The notes under the pieces were generated by a model. The model was not told the DNA's origin. It worked only from the letters and a program-made list of their open reading frames with translations, and searched no databases. From an uncultured Clostridia bacterium (lineage in GTDB: Bacteria > Bacillota > Clostridia > Oscillospirales > Acutalibacteraceae), in contig CANRAU010000004.1 of the NCBI GenBank assembly GCA_947628665.1, positions 38,359 to 102,358 on the forward strand: 64,000 nucleotides of DNA, written 5' to 3'. Below, in pieces: positions 56,740 to 64,000 of the stretch. Numbering within the stretch: the first letter of the stretch is position 1; every line of letters starts with the position of its first letter. Position numbers and translations under genes: made by a program.

Positions 56740-56819
56740 TGTGTTTTGCCGCATTTTTCGACATCTTCCCTGTATATTTTTTGCAGGACAAAATGCATTC
56801 CAAGACAGATTTTGAGTAT

Positions 56820-58253
56820 TCAGCCAATTTCCTCCCGCTTATAGGCGCACACGCGCAAAAGCGTCGCTTTGCCGCGATGGGAACGGATGACCAGCCGTAT
56901 TTTCCGCGCGCGCATCGTCTTTTTGAAACGGCAAATGCGTTTATACCCGATCACGGTGTATTTGCCGACGCGCTTCCAGCGTTCATGCTTTTGGATATAG
57001 AGATCGAATGCCTCGATCTGCTGGCCTGTAGCGATGTTTTCCTGCAAAATCACGCTGTCAAACGCGGTCTCCTCCCCGAAATCGAGGATTAGTTCGGGGT
57101 GTTCGTCGTCGGAGGCCGCCTGCCAGAAGCTGTCGTCCGCTTTTAACACATTGCCCGCCTCGTGTTCCGTATCGCTTTCACTGGTCGCCGACGCGCGGCC
57201 GTTCTCCAAAAGCTCGGTCGGAAATTCGCGTTTTAAAAATCTGCCGAAGGAATCCAGCACCATGGCGTCCTCCGCGTGGATGCGCCCCGTCTTATCCGGC
57301 GGCACGTTCAAAAGCAGAGAGGCGTTTGCACCCACAGAACGCAGATAGATATTAAACAGCTTTTCCACGGATTTGACCTTGTTATCCTGTGAAGCGTGGT
57401 AGAACCAGCCCGGGCGAATGGAGACGTCCACCTCCGCCGGATACCAGATGAGTTCCGTCTCGCCGCGGATCGCTTTGCGTGAGCCGAGATCCAGCACCAT
57501 GGCGTTATGTTTTTTGGCAAAACGCTTGTCGTCTGTTTTTTGGGATTTTTCGGCGGTGTATTCGTTGATGGCAAGCCAGGATGGAACGACGCTCCATTCC
57601 GATTCGCGGCAAACGCCCGCCTCATTGCCGATCCAGCGCACGTCCGGCCCGCTGATACAAATGGCGGCGTTGGGCTGTAACGCACGCATCACGGCATAAT
57701 ACCCCTGCCAATCGTACTTCTGCACCTTGCCGTTTTTGCCCTCCCCGCAAGCGCCGTCCAGCCAAATGCAGAACAGTTCACCGTAATTGGTCAACAGCTC
57801 GCGCAGTTGGTTTTTATAATAGGTATTGTAAGGCTCGCCCTGCCCGTAGGTCGGTTCGTGCCGATCCCAAGGCGAAAGATAAATGCCGAATTTCAGCCCG
57901 TGCGCCTTGCAGGCATCTGCCACCTCTTTGACGACGTCCCCATGCCCGTCGCGAAACGGACTGTTTTTCACGGAGTATTCCGTATACGCGCTCGGCCACA
58001 GGCAAAAGCCGTCATGGTGCTTGCAGGTCAAAATAAGCCCGCGCATGCCTGCGGATTTGATCGTCTTTGCCCACTGATCGGCATCGAAATCCGTCGGTTG
58101 AAACACTTCGGGCGGCGTATCGCCCGTCCCCCATTCAACGTCTGTAAACGTATTCATCCCAAAATGGCAAAATGCGTAAAACTCGGTCTGTTGCCATTTC
58201 AGTTGACGGGCAGAGGGTGTGACCTCTGCGGCGATTTGATAGCTTTCAGGCAT
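56820..58253 (-). CDS. GH29 alpha-L-fucosidase
   Basis: The ATG at 58253 follows AAGGGAGA. It has the GH29 motif TCKHHDGFCLWPS, and a C-terminal beta-sandwich domain is likely. Confidence 0.85.
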   Translation of the reverse strand: MPESYQIAAEVTPSARQLKWQQTEFYAFCHFGMNTFTDVEWGTGDTPPEVFQPTDFDADQWAKTIKSAGMRGLILTCKHHDGFCLWPSAYTEYSVKNSPFRDGHGDVVKEVADACKAHGLKFGIYLSPWDRHEPTYGQGEPYNTYYKNQLRELLTNYGELFCIWLDGACGEGKNGKVQKYDWQGYYAVMRALQPNAAICISGPDVRWIGNEAGVCRESEWSVVPSWLAINEYTAEKSQKTDDKRFAKKHNAMVLDLGSRKAIRGETELIWYPAEVDVSIRPGWFYHASQDNKVKSVEKLFNIYLRSVGANASLLLNVPPDKTGRIHAEDAMVLDSFGRFLKREFPTELLENGRASATSESDTEHEAGNVLKADDSFWQAASDDEHPELILDFGEETAFDSVILQENIATGQQIEAFDLYIQKHERWKRVGKYTVIGYKRICRFKKTMRARKIRLVIRSHRGKATLLRVCAYKREEIG

Positions 58254-58403
58254 TGCTGTATCTCCCTTTATCATTGGTTACCAAGAGTATAGCACACTTC
58301 GTCAAAAATAGCAATTTCCGTTGTTCAGTCGGCGATGCAAAGCAAAATACCCGACAGCACATCGGATTCGCTGTCGGGCATGGAATGAATTGCAGTTTTC
58401 CTT

Positions 58404-59675
58404 TTAAGAGGCGTTGATAACGACCTCCACGACGTTGTATGAATCGGCGGCCGCGCAGATCGGCGCGACCGAATCGGCCTCTTGCCAGTCCGATTCTGTG
58501 ACGGCAATCCGGCCGGATTGTTTGAAAGGAGACTCAGAAGAATCGTTAAGAAAGTCAATATAAACATACTTCTTGGTTATATCGGCGGTTACAACTTCTT
58601 TATTGATCTCATATTCCAGTTTATTGCTGCACGCCACACGCACAAACTCACCGCTATGTTCAAACGCTATCCGTGTATCTATATCCGATAAATAACCTCT
58701 GTCATACCACATGGCGAAATATAGACTAAAATCCAAGTCAGGAGACAGAACCAGCACATCGGCAGGATCTACTTCTTCAAGCGAACAAGGCGTATCGCTT
58801 TGCATAATGACAACGGTATTAAAAGAATAAGTTTCATCATTTGTCACGGGGTCTGTAGGATGTTTGCCAAAGAAATAGCCGAAAAATCCGGCCACCAAAG
58901 AAATGCATACGATGATCCCGGAGACGGTCAAAAGACCTTTCTGAATACGATCGGTTCGTCTGTACATTTTTTTGTTATACAAGCTGTAGGTCGGTTGGTG
59001 CAGTTTGCGGACACTTCTGCTTGCAGCAATCAGCAAAGACAAAATAAATAGATAAAAAACACAGGTCGCTGCTGTGATCCATGGCGCAGCCGTTATATTT
59101 CCAACTCTGCCGTATGTGCTTAAACAGGAAAAGTCCCCCGTAAGGATGCAAAAAAGAGCCAAAACGAGCGGTGAGCATATTGAATCCATAATCATGATTT
59201 GAAGCGGATAGGTCAGTAAAAAGACAACAATCGACAAACCGCACAAAAATCGGTTCTTCCGCTTTTTCCCAAGGATCGAAAGTTCAATAATGCAAAACAA
59301 ACGCAAAAGTTCCGATACGCCGAATCCGATTATACCGTCGCCCAAGACATAGAATTTATAACACGCGATTATAAAAAGCAGAAAAATGATCCCTAAGACC
59401 GCAAAAACGGTGTTTGCTGCGTAATCTTGCGGGTAAATCTCCGAAAATGCGGCGGCGACCGCATCGGGATCGCCCATCTGCTCGACCGCCTTTTGCGCCG
59501 CCTGCGCCTCGTCAAAGCCGATTTCTTTGTAATACTCGATTCTGTCATCGATGTGCGCGGCCAGTTCCAAAGCCGCCTCATGTTTGTCCGAATCGTTTTC
59601 GATTTGGGAAACGGCGGCGTTGATATATTCCTCTTTGGTCGTGACGCACTTTCCTTTTTCTATCGGTTCACGCAT
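58404..59675 (-). CDS. PadR-associated polytopic membrane protein (permease-prefix / DUF1700-like N-terminus)
   Basis: 423 aa. The N-terminus is ...HEAALELAAHIDDRIEYYKEIGFDEAQAAQKAVEQMGDP, followed by multiple TM helices. It overlaps the padR stop by 8 nt. Confidence 0.55.
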   Translation of the reverse strand: MREPIEKGKCVTTKEEYINAAVSQIENDSDKHEAALELAAHIDDRIEYYKEIGFDEAQAAQKAVEQMGDPDAVAAAFSEIYPQDYAANTVFAVLGIIFLLFIIACYKFYVLGDGIIGFGVSELLRLFCIIELSILGKKRKNRFLCGLSIVVFLLTYPLQIMIMDSICSPLVLALFCILTGDFSCLSTYGRVGNITAAPWITAATCVFYLFILSLLIAASRSVRKLHQPTYSLYNKKMYRRTDRIQKGLLTVSGIIVCISLVAGFFGYFFGKHPTDPVTNDETYSFNTVVIMQSDTPCSLEEVDPADVLVLSPDLDFSLYFAMWYDRGYLSDIDTRIAFEHSGEFVRVACSNKLEYEINKEVVTADITKKYVYIDFLNDSSESPFKQSGRIAVTESDWQEADSVAPICAAADSYNVVEVVINAS

Positions 59676-59994
59676 AATTCAGCACCTTTGTTACGGAATG
59701 CGAAAACGATTCCCATTCTTCCTTTTCCCGTTCCAGCTCGCGAAGTCCTTTTTTGGTGATGTGATAATATTTTCGGTTTCTGCCGTCCGTGATTTGCCAA
59801 TACGACTGCAAATAATCCTCTTTTTCCAACGCGTGCAAAATCGGATAGAGCGTCCCTTCGGTCATTTCAAACGCGTGTTCGCTCGCCGCTTCCAGCTCGC
59901 GGATAATGCGGTAACCGTAGAAATCGCCCCGCCCCAAAATGCTCAAAATCAAAAGGGACGTGCTGCCTTTCAACAATTCTTTGCTGTATTTCAT
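59668..59994 (-). CDS. PadR-family transcriptional regulator
   Basis: 108 aa. The winged-helix signature is LLKGSTSLLILSILGRGDFYGYRIIRELE...GTLYPILHALE. Confidence 0.88.
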   Translation of the reverse strand: MKYSKELLKGSTSLLILSILGRGDFYGYRIIRELEAASEHAFEMTEGTLYPILHALEKEDYLQSYWQITDGRNRKYYHITKKGLRELEREKEEWESFSHSVTKVLNYA

Positions 59995-60072
59995 AAAAAC
60001 ACCTCTTTTGTTTTATTGCCGAAACGCCGTTCTTATGCTATGATATAGGTACAGTGTTTAGGGGGAATTGAT

Positions 60073-61065
60073 ATGGAACAGAAAAAACGACAGATTAAAA
60101 AGTCCGTTTCCCTGATTTTGGCGCTTGTTTTTGTTTTGCTGTGCTGTACGCTCGGCGGCTGTAAAAAGGCAACCGAAGCCGAGACAAGCACCGCGCCCGA
60201 AGCGACCGCAGGACAAGGGACGGATACATACGCGCCGAATCCGAGTTCCGTTACAGAGGATGCGCAAACCGCCGCATCTTCGGAAAAACAGCCCGCAACC
60301 ACCAAAAAGGCGGCTGCATCGGGCGGAAAACAGGAAGCCGCAAAAACCACAGCCGCGCCTGAACCCCAAATCACGGGAACAGCCACGCTTACAAACGGAA
60401 ACAAAACCGTCGTTTACCCGAAAGCTCTGGAAAGCACGTCCCGGCGGTATCCCGTAATCGTTTGGGCGAACGGAACAGGCTGTCCGACCTCCTTATATAT
60501 GTCCTTACTTGAAAAATTTGCAAACGCGGGCTATGTTGTCGTTGCGGATGCAAGCGTCATGACTGCGGACGGGAGCGCGCAGAGGAATTCCATTGACTTT
60601 ATTGTAAGCGAAAGCAAAAGCGCGTCCTCTGTATTTTACAACAAAATCGATACCGCAAAAATCGGCGCTTCGGGACATTCCCAGGGCGGCAGGAGCTGTG
60701 TAAATGCGGCGCAGGCGGATGCAAGAATTCAATGCATCGTTTCCATAGCAGGCGCTTCCTCGGCGCAGGAGGCAAACGGTCTGAAAGCCCCTACCCTATA
60801 CCTTACGGGTACTTCGGATATGGTGGTGGTTTCCTCCCAATGGGTCAAGCCCTCTTACGACGCCACAGCGGGCAGGGCGGTTTATGCCTCGCTGAAGGGT
60901 GCGGCGCACACGGTCTGCATGACGAATCCCGAAAAGGTATCGGGCTACGCTATAAGCTGGTTTGACGCTTATCTTAAAAACGACAGCGAAGCGAAAGCGG
61001 TTTTTGCCGTCGGCGGTAAGCTCGCTTCCGACGCCGACTGGCAGGATTTTGCAAGCAAAAACTGA
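60073..61065 (+). CDS. secreted lipoprotein, alpha/beta hydrolase (esterase/lipase-like)
   Basis: The lipobox is LLCCTLGGC, followed by a low-complexity Ala/Thr/Pro linker. The nucleophile elbow is GASGHSQGG. Confidence 0.65.
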   Translation: MEQKKRQIKKSVSLILALVFVLLCCTLGGCKKATEAETSTAPEATAGQGTDTYAPNPSSVTEDAQTAASSEKQPATTKKAAASGGKQEAAKTTAAPEPQITGTATLTNGNKTVVYPKALESTSRRYPVIVWANGTGCPTSLYMSLLEKFANAGYVVVADASVMTADGSAQRNSIDFIVSESKSASSVFYNKIDTAKIGASGHSQGGRSCVNAAQADARIQCIVSIAGASSAQEANGLKAPTLYLTGTSDMVVVSSQWVKPSYDATAGRAVYASLKGAAHTVCMTNPEKVSGYAISWFDAYLKNDSEAKAVFAVGGKLASDADWQDFASKN

Positions 61066-61088
61066 CCATGCACGGTTGTATCGCAAAT

Positions 61089-61120
61089 CGACCTCGCTAT
61101 ACAAGCGGGGTCGGTTTTTT
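61089..61120 (+). terminator. rho-independent terminator
   Basis: A 9-bp stem CGACCTCGC/GCGGGGTCG with one G:U pair is followed by GTTTTTT. Confidence 0.65.
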
Positions 61121-61179
61121 GCTTTCAGCCTTTCCCCTGCTGTATTTTATAAGAAATTCTTCCCGGCTCTATGCAAGAA

Positions 61180-61219
61180 TACCTTGTTATACAATGCATA
61201 TACATTGTATAACAAGGTA
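61180..61219. repeat. 40-bp perfect palindrome (17-bp arms, 6-nt spacer)
   Basis: TACCTTGTTATACAATG-CATATA-CATTGTATAACAAGGTA. It lies in the intergenic region between convergent genes. Confidence 0.9.
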
Positions 61220-61274
61220 TCCGTTTTGTCAAGTATAAAATAGATGTAAGCAAAAGGCATGCAAGTGCGCGCGC

Positions 61275-62213
61275 TTATTCTTTGATAACGGCAACCGCCT
61301 GCATCCCCATGGAACGGTAGCTTTTTTCCGCTGTTTGGCGGTCATAGCATACCACGCGTTCTTCGGACAACGGGTCGGAAAAATAATAATTTTGCGCGTC
61401 GAAGCCGCAAAGCACCATACAATGTTGGTTGACGGGATACAAAAAGGTTTCTGTCTTGTCGTAGGACTGCCACTGATAGGCATTTTGAATCGGCTCTAAA
61501 TCCTGCGTGACCCAAACGGCAACAGGGATATCCGACGCTACATATAAAGCCGCCAATTCGTTCAAGGTCACCCCTGTCAAGCTGACCGCTTTTAAGTCTT
61601 TGGGCAGACAGTCGTTCAAAGCATTTACGATCACAGGCGAAAAGCATCCCCATCCGCCTTTTTTGCTGTGCGGATCGCCTGCGTAGGCTTTGGAAGGATC
61701 GGGTCCATAGCGGCAACCCCAGCGAATTTTGACGGGTTCGCAGGTCAAATGCTCGCTCACAAACGCTTCAGGCGTTATGGAAAGGCCGTTGTATTGCAGC
61801 AGCATCGTCGCCGAAACGGCCTCACAGCCGTTCGGAAGAGATTCTTGTATCTGATTCAAATGCGGCACATCCAAAATATATGTACCCGAATACGCTTGAA
61901 TTTTCTCGAAAGTATCGGCAATCTCCATCTCCTGTTTTAAGATGGCGTCTCGTCCATCATAGACCGTACGATACGTTGCAGCGTATTCTTCACGAACCGC
62001 ATCGGCCGGTAAGGATGGGATCTCAGATGCCACGCCGTCCGTTTCTCCCTGCTCCAAAATCCAAGTGTTGTCCAAAGATATATTTTTGGAAAACAAATTG
62101 ACCTTGGAAAGTCTGAAAAGCGTATATCCGAGTCCGCCGGCTGTTATCAACAACAGCGCGACCGCAACGCTCAGCGCGACGGTCAGCCGCTTAAATTTAC
62201 GCTGTGCATTCAT
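61275..62213 (-). CDS. membrane-anchored C39-like cysteine peptidase (peptidase_C39_2 / YvpB-like)
   Basis: 312 aa with an N-terminal TM helix. The catalytic-Cys context is VPHLNQIQESLPNGCEAVSATMLLQY. Confidence 0.65.
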   Translation of the reverse strand: MNAQRKFKRLTVALSVAVALLLITAGGLGYTLFRLSKVNLFSKNISLDNTWILEQGETDGVASEIPSLPADAVREEYAATYRTVYDGRDAILKQEMEIADTFEKIQAYSGTYILDVPHLNQIQESLPNGCEAVSATMLLQYNGLSITPEAFVSEHLTCEPVKIRWGCRYGPDPSKAYAGDPHSKKGGWGCFSPVIVNALNDCLPKDLKAVSLTGVTLNELAALYVASDIPVAVWVTQDLEPIQNAYQWQSYDKTETFLYPVNQHCMVLCGFDAQNYYFSDPLSEERVVCYDRQTAEKSYRSMGMQAVAVIKE

Positions 62214-62289
62214 AATCGTATATCCTCATGCGATTTGCAAAAGCGAGGGCGGAATGTGTTCGCCCCCGCTTTACTTGTTTGATTCGCGA

Positions 62290-62649
62290 TTAGGCTTCGT
62301 TGGTCGCGACGATGTCAATTCCTGTGTTCAAAATGTTTTTCAGAACCACATCGCCGATCTTCACGGGCGCCTGTACGGTAATTTGATTGATCTCCTGCAT
62401 ACAGGCAAACAAAAGCTCCTTCGGTACGGGAGACGCGGATTTGACGGGAACGACGGGCAATCTGCCGCCCTCTACCTTTACGGTCGTGCAGAGCATCCGT
62501 TCGGGGTGGGTGCATTCCTGCCGCGCGTAGCTCTCGCCGCGTTTGCAGGTGTTGCCCGTGACCGAAACCACTTCGCCCGCATCGTTCAGTTCCACCGTGA
62601 TCGCGCAGCCTATGGGACAGGATACGCAAACCAAATCTTTTTTCGCCAT
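62290..62649 (-). CDS. DUF1667 domain protein (small subunit of anaerobic FAD-dependent dehydrogenase clusters)
   Basis: 119 aa. The sequence has KDLVCVSCPIGCAITV...TGNTCKRGESYARQE. Confidence 0.7.
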   Translation of the reverse strand: MAKKDLVCVSCPIGCAITVELNDAGEVVSVTGNTCKRGESYARQECTHPERMLCTTVKVEGGRLPVVPVKSASPVPKELLFACMQEINQITVQAPVKIGDVVLKNILNTGIDIVATNEA

Positions 62650-62653
62650 TGTC

Positions 62654-63910
62654 TTACGCCTCCTTTATATGCACGGTCAATGTGCTGCCCGCAGGCAATT
62701 TTTGCAACGTGTCGGTCTTGAGGGTCACATACTCCATTTCGCCGGGCGTCATTTTGCGCTTTTTGCGCGAGAAGATCACTTCGTCGCCGCAGGTGACGCA
62801 CAAGGTCACGTTTTCAAAAACGCGCCCCACGCGGAAATACAGCTTCACATCCGCATCCGTATCGCGATGGATCTTTTGCGGCACGACATAGCGCACGCCG
62901 TTTTCGCCTTTGGTCTGCACCGTGTCGGAATCCGGCTTGCTGCCACGAATGGATTTTGCCGCGCCGACGCCCGCAAGCTGGCTTTCTTCGGTCACAAAAT
63001 CGACCAGATCATGCACTTGCAGCACATTGCCGCAGGCAAATACGCCCTTGTGCGAAGTCTCGCGGTATTCATCGACCACCGGGCCGCCCGTCACGGGATC
63101 AAGTGCGATCCCCGCATTTTTGGAAAGCTCGTTTTCGGGGATAAGGCCGACGGAAAGCATCAGCGTGTCGCAGGGAATATATTCCTCCGTGCCCGGGATG
63201 GGCTGCAAATGCTCGTCCACATTGGCGACGGTCACGCCCTCCAAACGCTCCTTGCCGTGCGTCTCCACAACGGTGCAGGAAAGGCGCAGCGGAATACCGA
63301 AATCCTCCAAGCACTGTACAATATTTCGCGTAAGACCGCCCGAGTACGGCATCAATTCGCACACGGCCTTGACCTTTGCGCCCTCCAACGTCATGCGGCG
63401 CGCCATGATAAGCCCGATGTCGCCCGAACCGAGGATGACGACGGTTTTGCCGGGCATATAGCCGTCTATGTTCACATATTTCTGCGCCGTTCCGGCGGTC
63501 ATAATGCCCGCCGCGCGGCTGCCCGCGATGGAAAGTGCGCCGCGCGGTCTTTCGCGGCATCCCATAGCCAGCACGATGGCCTTTGCCTGTATGATCAAAA
63601 GCCCGTCAAAATTATTCACGGCGGTCACGACGTTGTCGGCGGAAATATCCAGCACCATGGTATCCACCTTGACGTCGATATCGGTATTGTAGACCTTTTC
63701 AATGAAGCGACCCGCGTACTCGGGACCCGAAAGCTCCTCGCCGAAGTAATGCAGTCCGAAGCCCGTGTGAATGCACTGCTCCAAAATACCGCCGAGCGTA
63801 TCGGCACGCTCCAAAATCAAAATTTTCTCGATTCCCTCTTCGTGCGCCTGCAATGCAGCCGCCATACCTGCGGGGCCGCCGCCGACCACGACCAAATCAT
63901 AATGCAGCAT
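62654..63910 (-). CDS. NAD(P)/FAD-dependent pyridine-nucleotide-disulfide-type oxidoreductase
   Basis: The ATG at 63910 follows GAGGTG. The first dinucleotide fold is YDLVVVGGGPAGMAAA and the second Rossmann motif is VVILGSGDIGL. Confidence 0.75.
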   Translation of the reverse strand: MLHYDLVVVGGGPAGMAAALQAHEEGIEKILILERADTLGGILEQCIHTGFGLHYFGEELSGPEYAGRFIEKVYNTDIDVKVDTMVLDISADNVVTAVNNFDGLLIIQAKAIVLAMGCRERPRGALSIAGSRAAGIMTAGTAQKYVNIDGYMPGKTVVILGSGDIGLIMARRMTLEGAKVKAVCELMPYSGGLTRNIVQCLEDFGIPLRLSCTVVETHGKERLEGVTVANVDEHLQPIPGTEEYIPCDTLMLSVGLIPENELSKNAGIALDPVTGGPVVDEYRETSHKGVFACGNVLQVHDLVDFVTEESQLAGVGAAKSIRGSKPDSDTVQTKGENGVRYVVPQKIHRDTDADVKLYFRVGRVFENVTLCVTCGDEVIFSRKKRKMTPGEMEYVTLKTDTLQKLPAGSTLTVHIKEA

Positions 63911-63921
63911 CGTCACACACC

Positions 63922-64000
63922 TCACTTCGTTTTCTCAAACAGGATTTTCGATCCGCCGCCGAACTTGGTGATCTCGTTCATCGGCACACCGAGCTCGCGC
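63922..64000 (-). CDS. 3' end of an upstream minus-strand gene (partial), possibly the GlpA-like FAD dehydrogenase partner
   Basis: An open frame ends in TGA at 63924-63922. The tail is ...RELGVPMNEITKFGGGSKILFEKTK. Assignment rests only on the operon context with the two downstream genes. Confidence 0.3.
   Translation of the reverse strand, partial: RELGVPMNEITKFGGGSKILFEKTK

Overview
This window is a GC-rich chromosome segment (about 55-60% GC judged by eye, not computed) from an endospore-forming Firmicute, probably Clostridia, since spo0A, spoIVB and cotJA/B/C are present. Most of it is ordinary core genome. It carries polA, dusB, spo0A, spoIVB, aroK, pfkA, dnaE, lysA, engB, lon, serC-serA, rplM-rpsI and a pseudouridine synthase. 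It also carries a Na+-pumping oxaloacetate-type decarboxylase operon, several carbohydrate genes (a clan GH-A enzyme with CBM modules, GH31, GH29, a GPH transporter), esterases and phosphoesterases. The stand-out feature is that the spore-coat gene cotJC is split into two in-frame pieces (41245-41430 and 30881-31312, minus strand). A 9,935-bp, visibly AT-richer element separates them. The element is bounded by a 4-bp identity (TACC) and 18-nt imperfect inverted arms, and a large serine recombinase gene abuts its right edge. Its only recognisable cargo is a complete type II-A CRISPR-Cas9 locus: cas9-cas1-cas2-csn2, a divergent tracrRNA with a consensus promoter, an 85-nt leader, 18 repeats and 17 spacers. 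Precise deletion would restore a 204-codon cotJC. The architecture therefore resembles skin/SPbeta-type sporulation-gene intervening elements, but with an adaptive immune system as payload. Smaller oddities include a recombinase ORF with no stop codon inside the element, a duplicated spacer, and an LMW-phosphatase/RimI fusion. Spo0A has EE in place of the acidic DD pair, and a TauE exporter is split in two. There is also a homopolymer frameshift in a membrane-protein gene and a 40-bp perfect palindrome. No database searches were possible. All family calls rest on recognised motifs.
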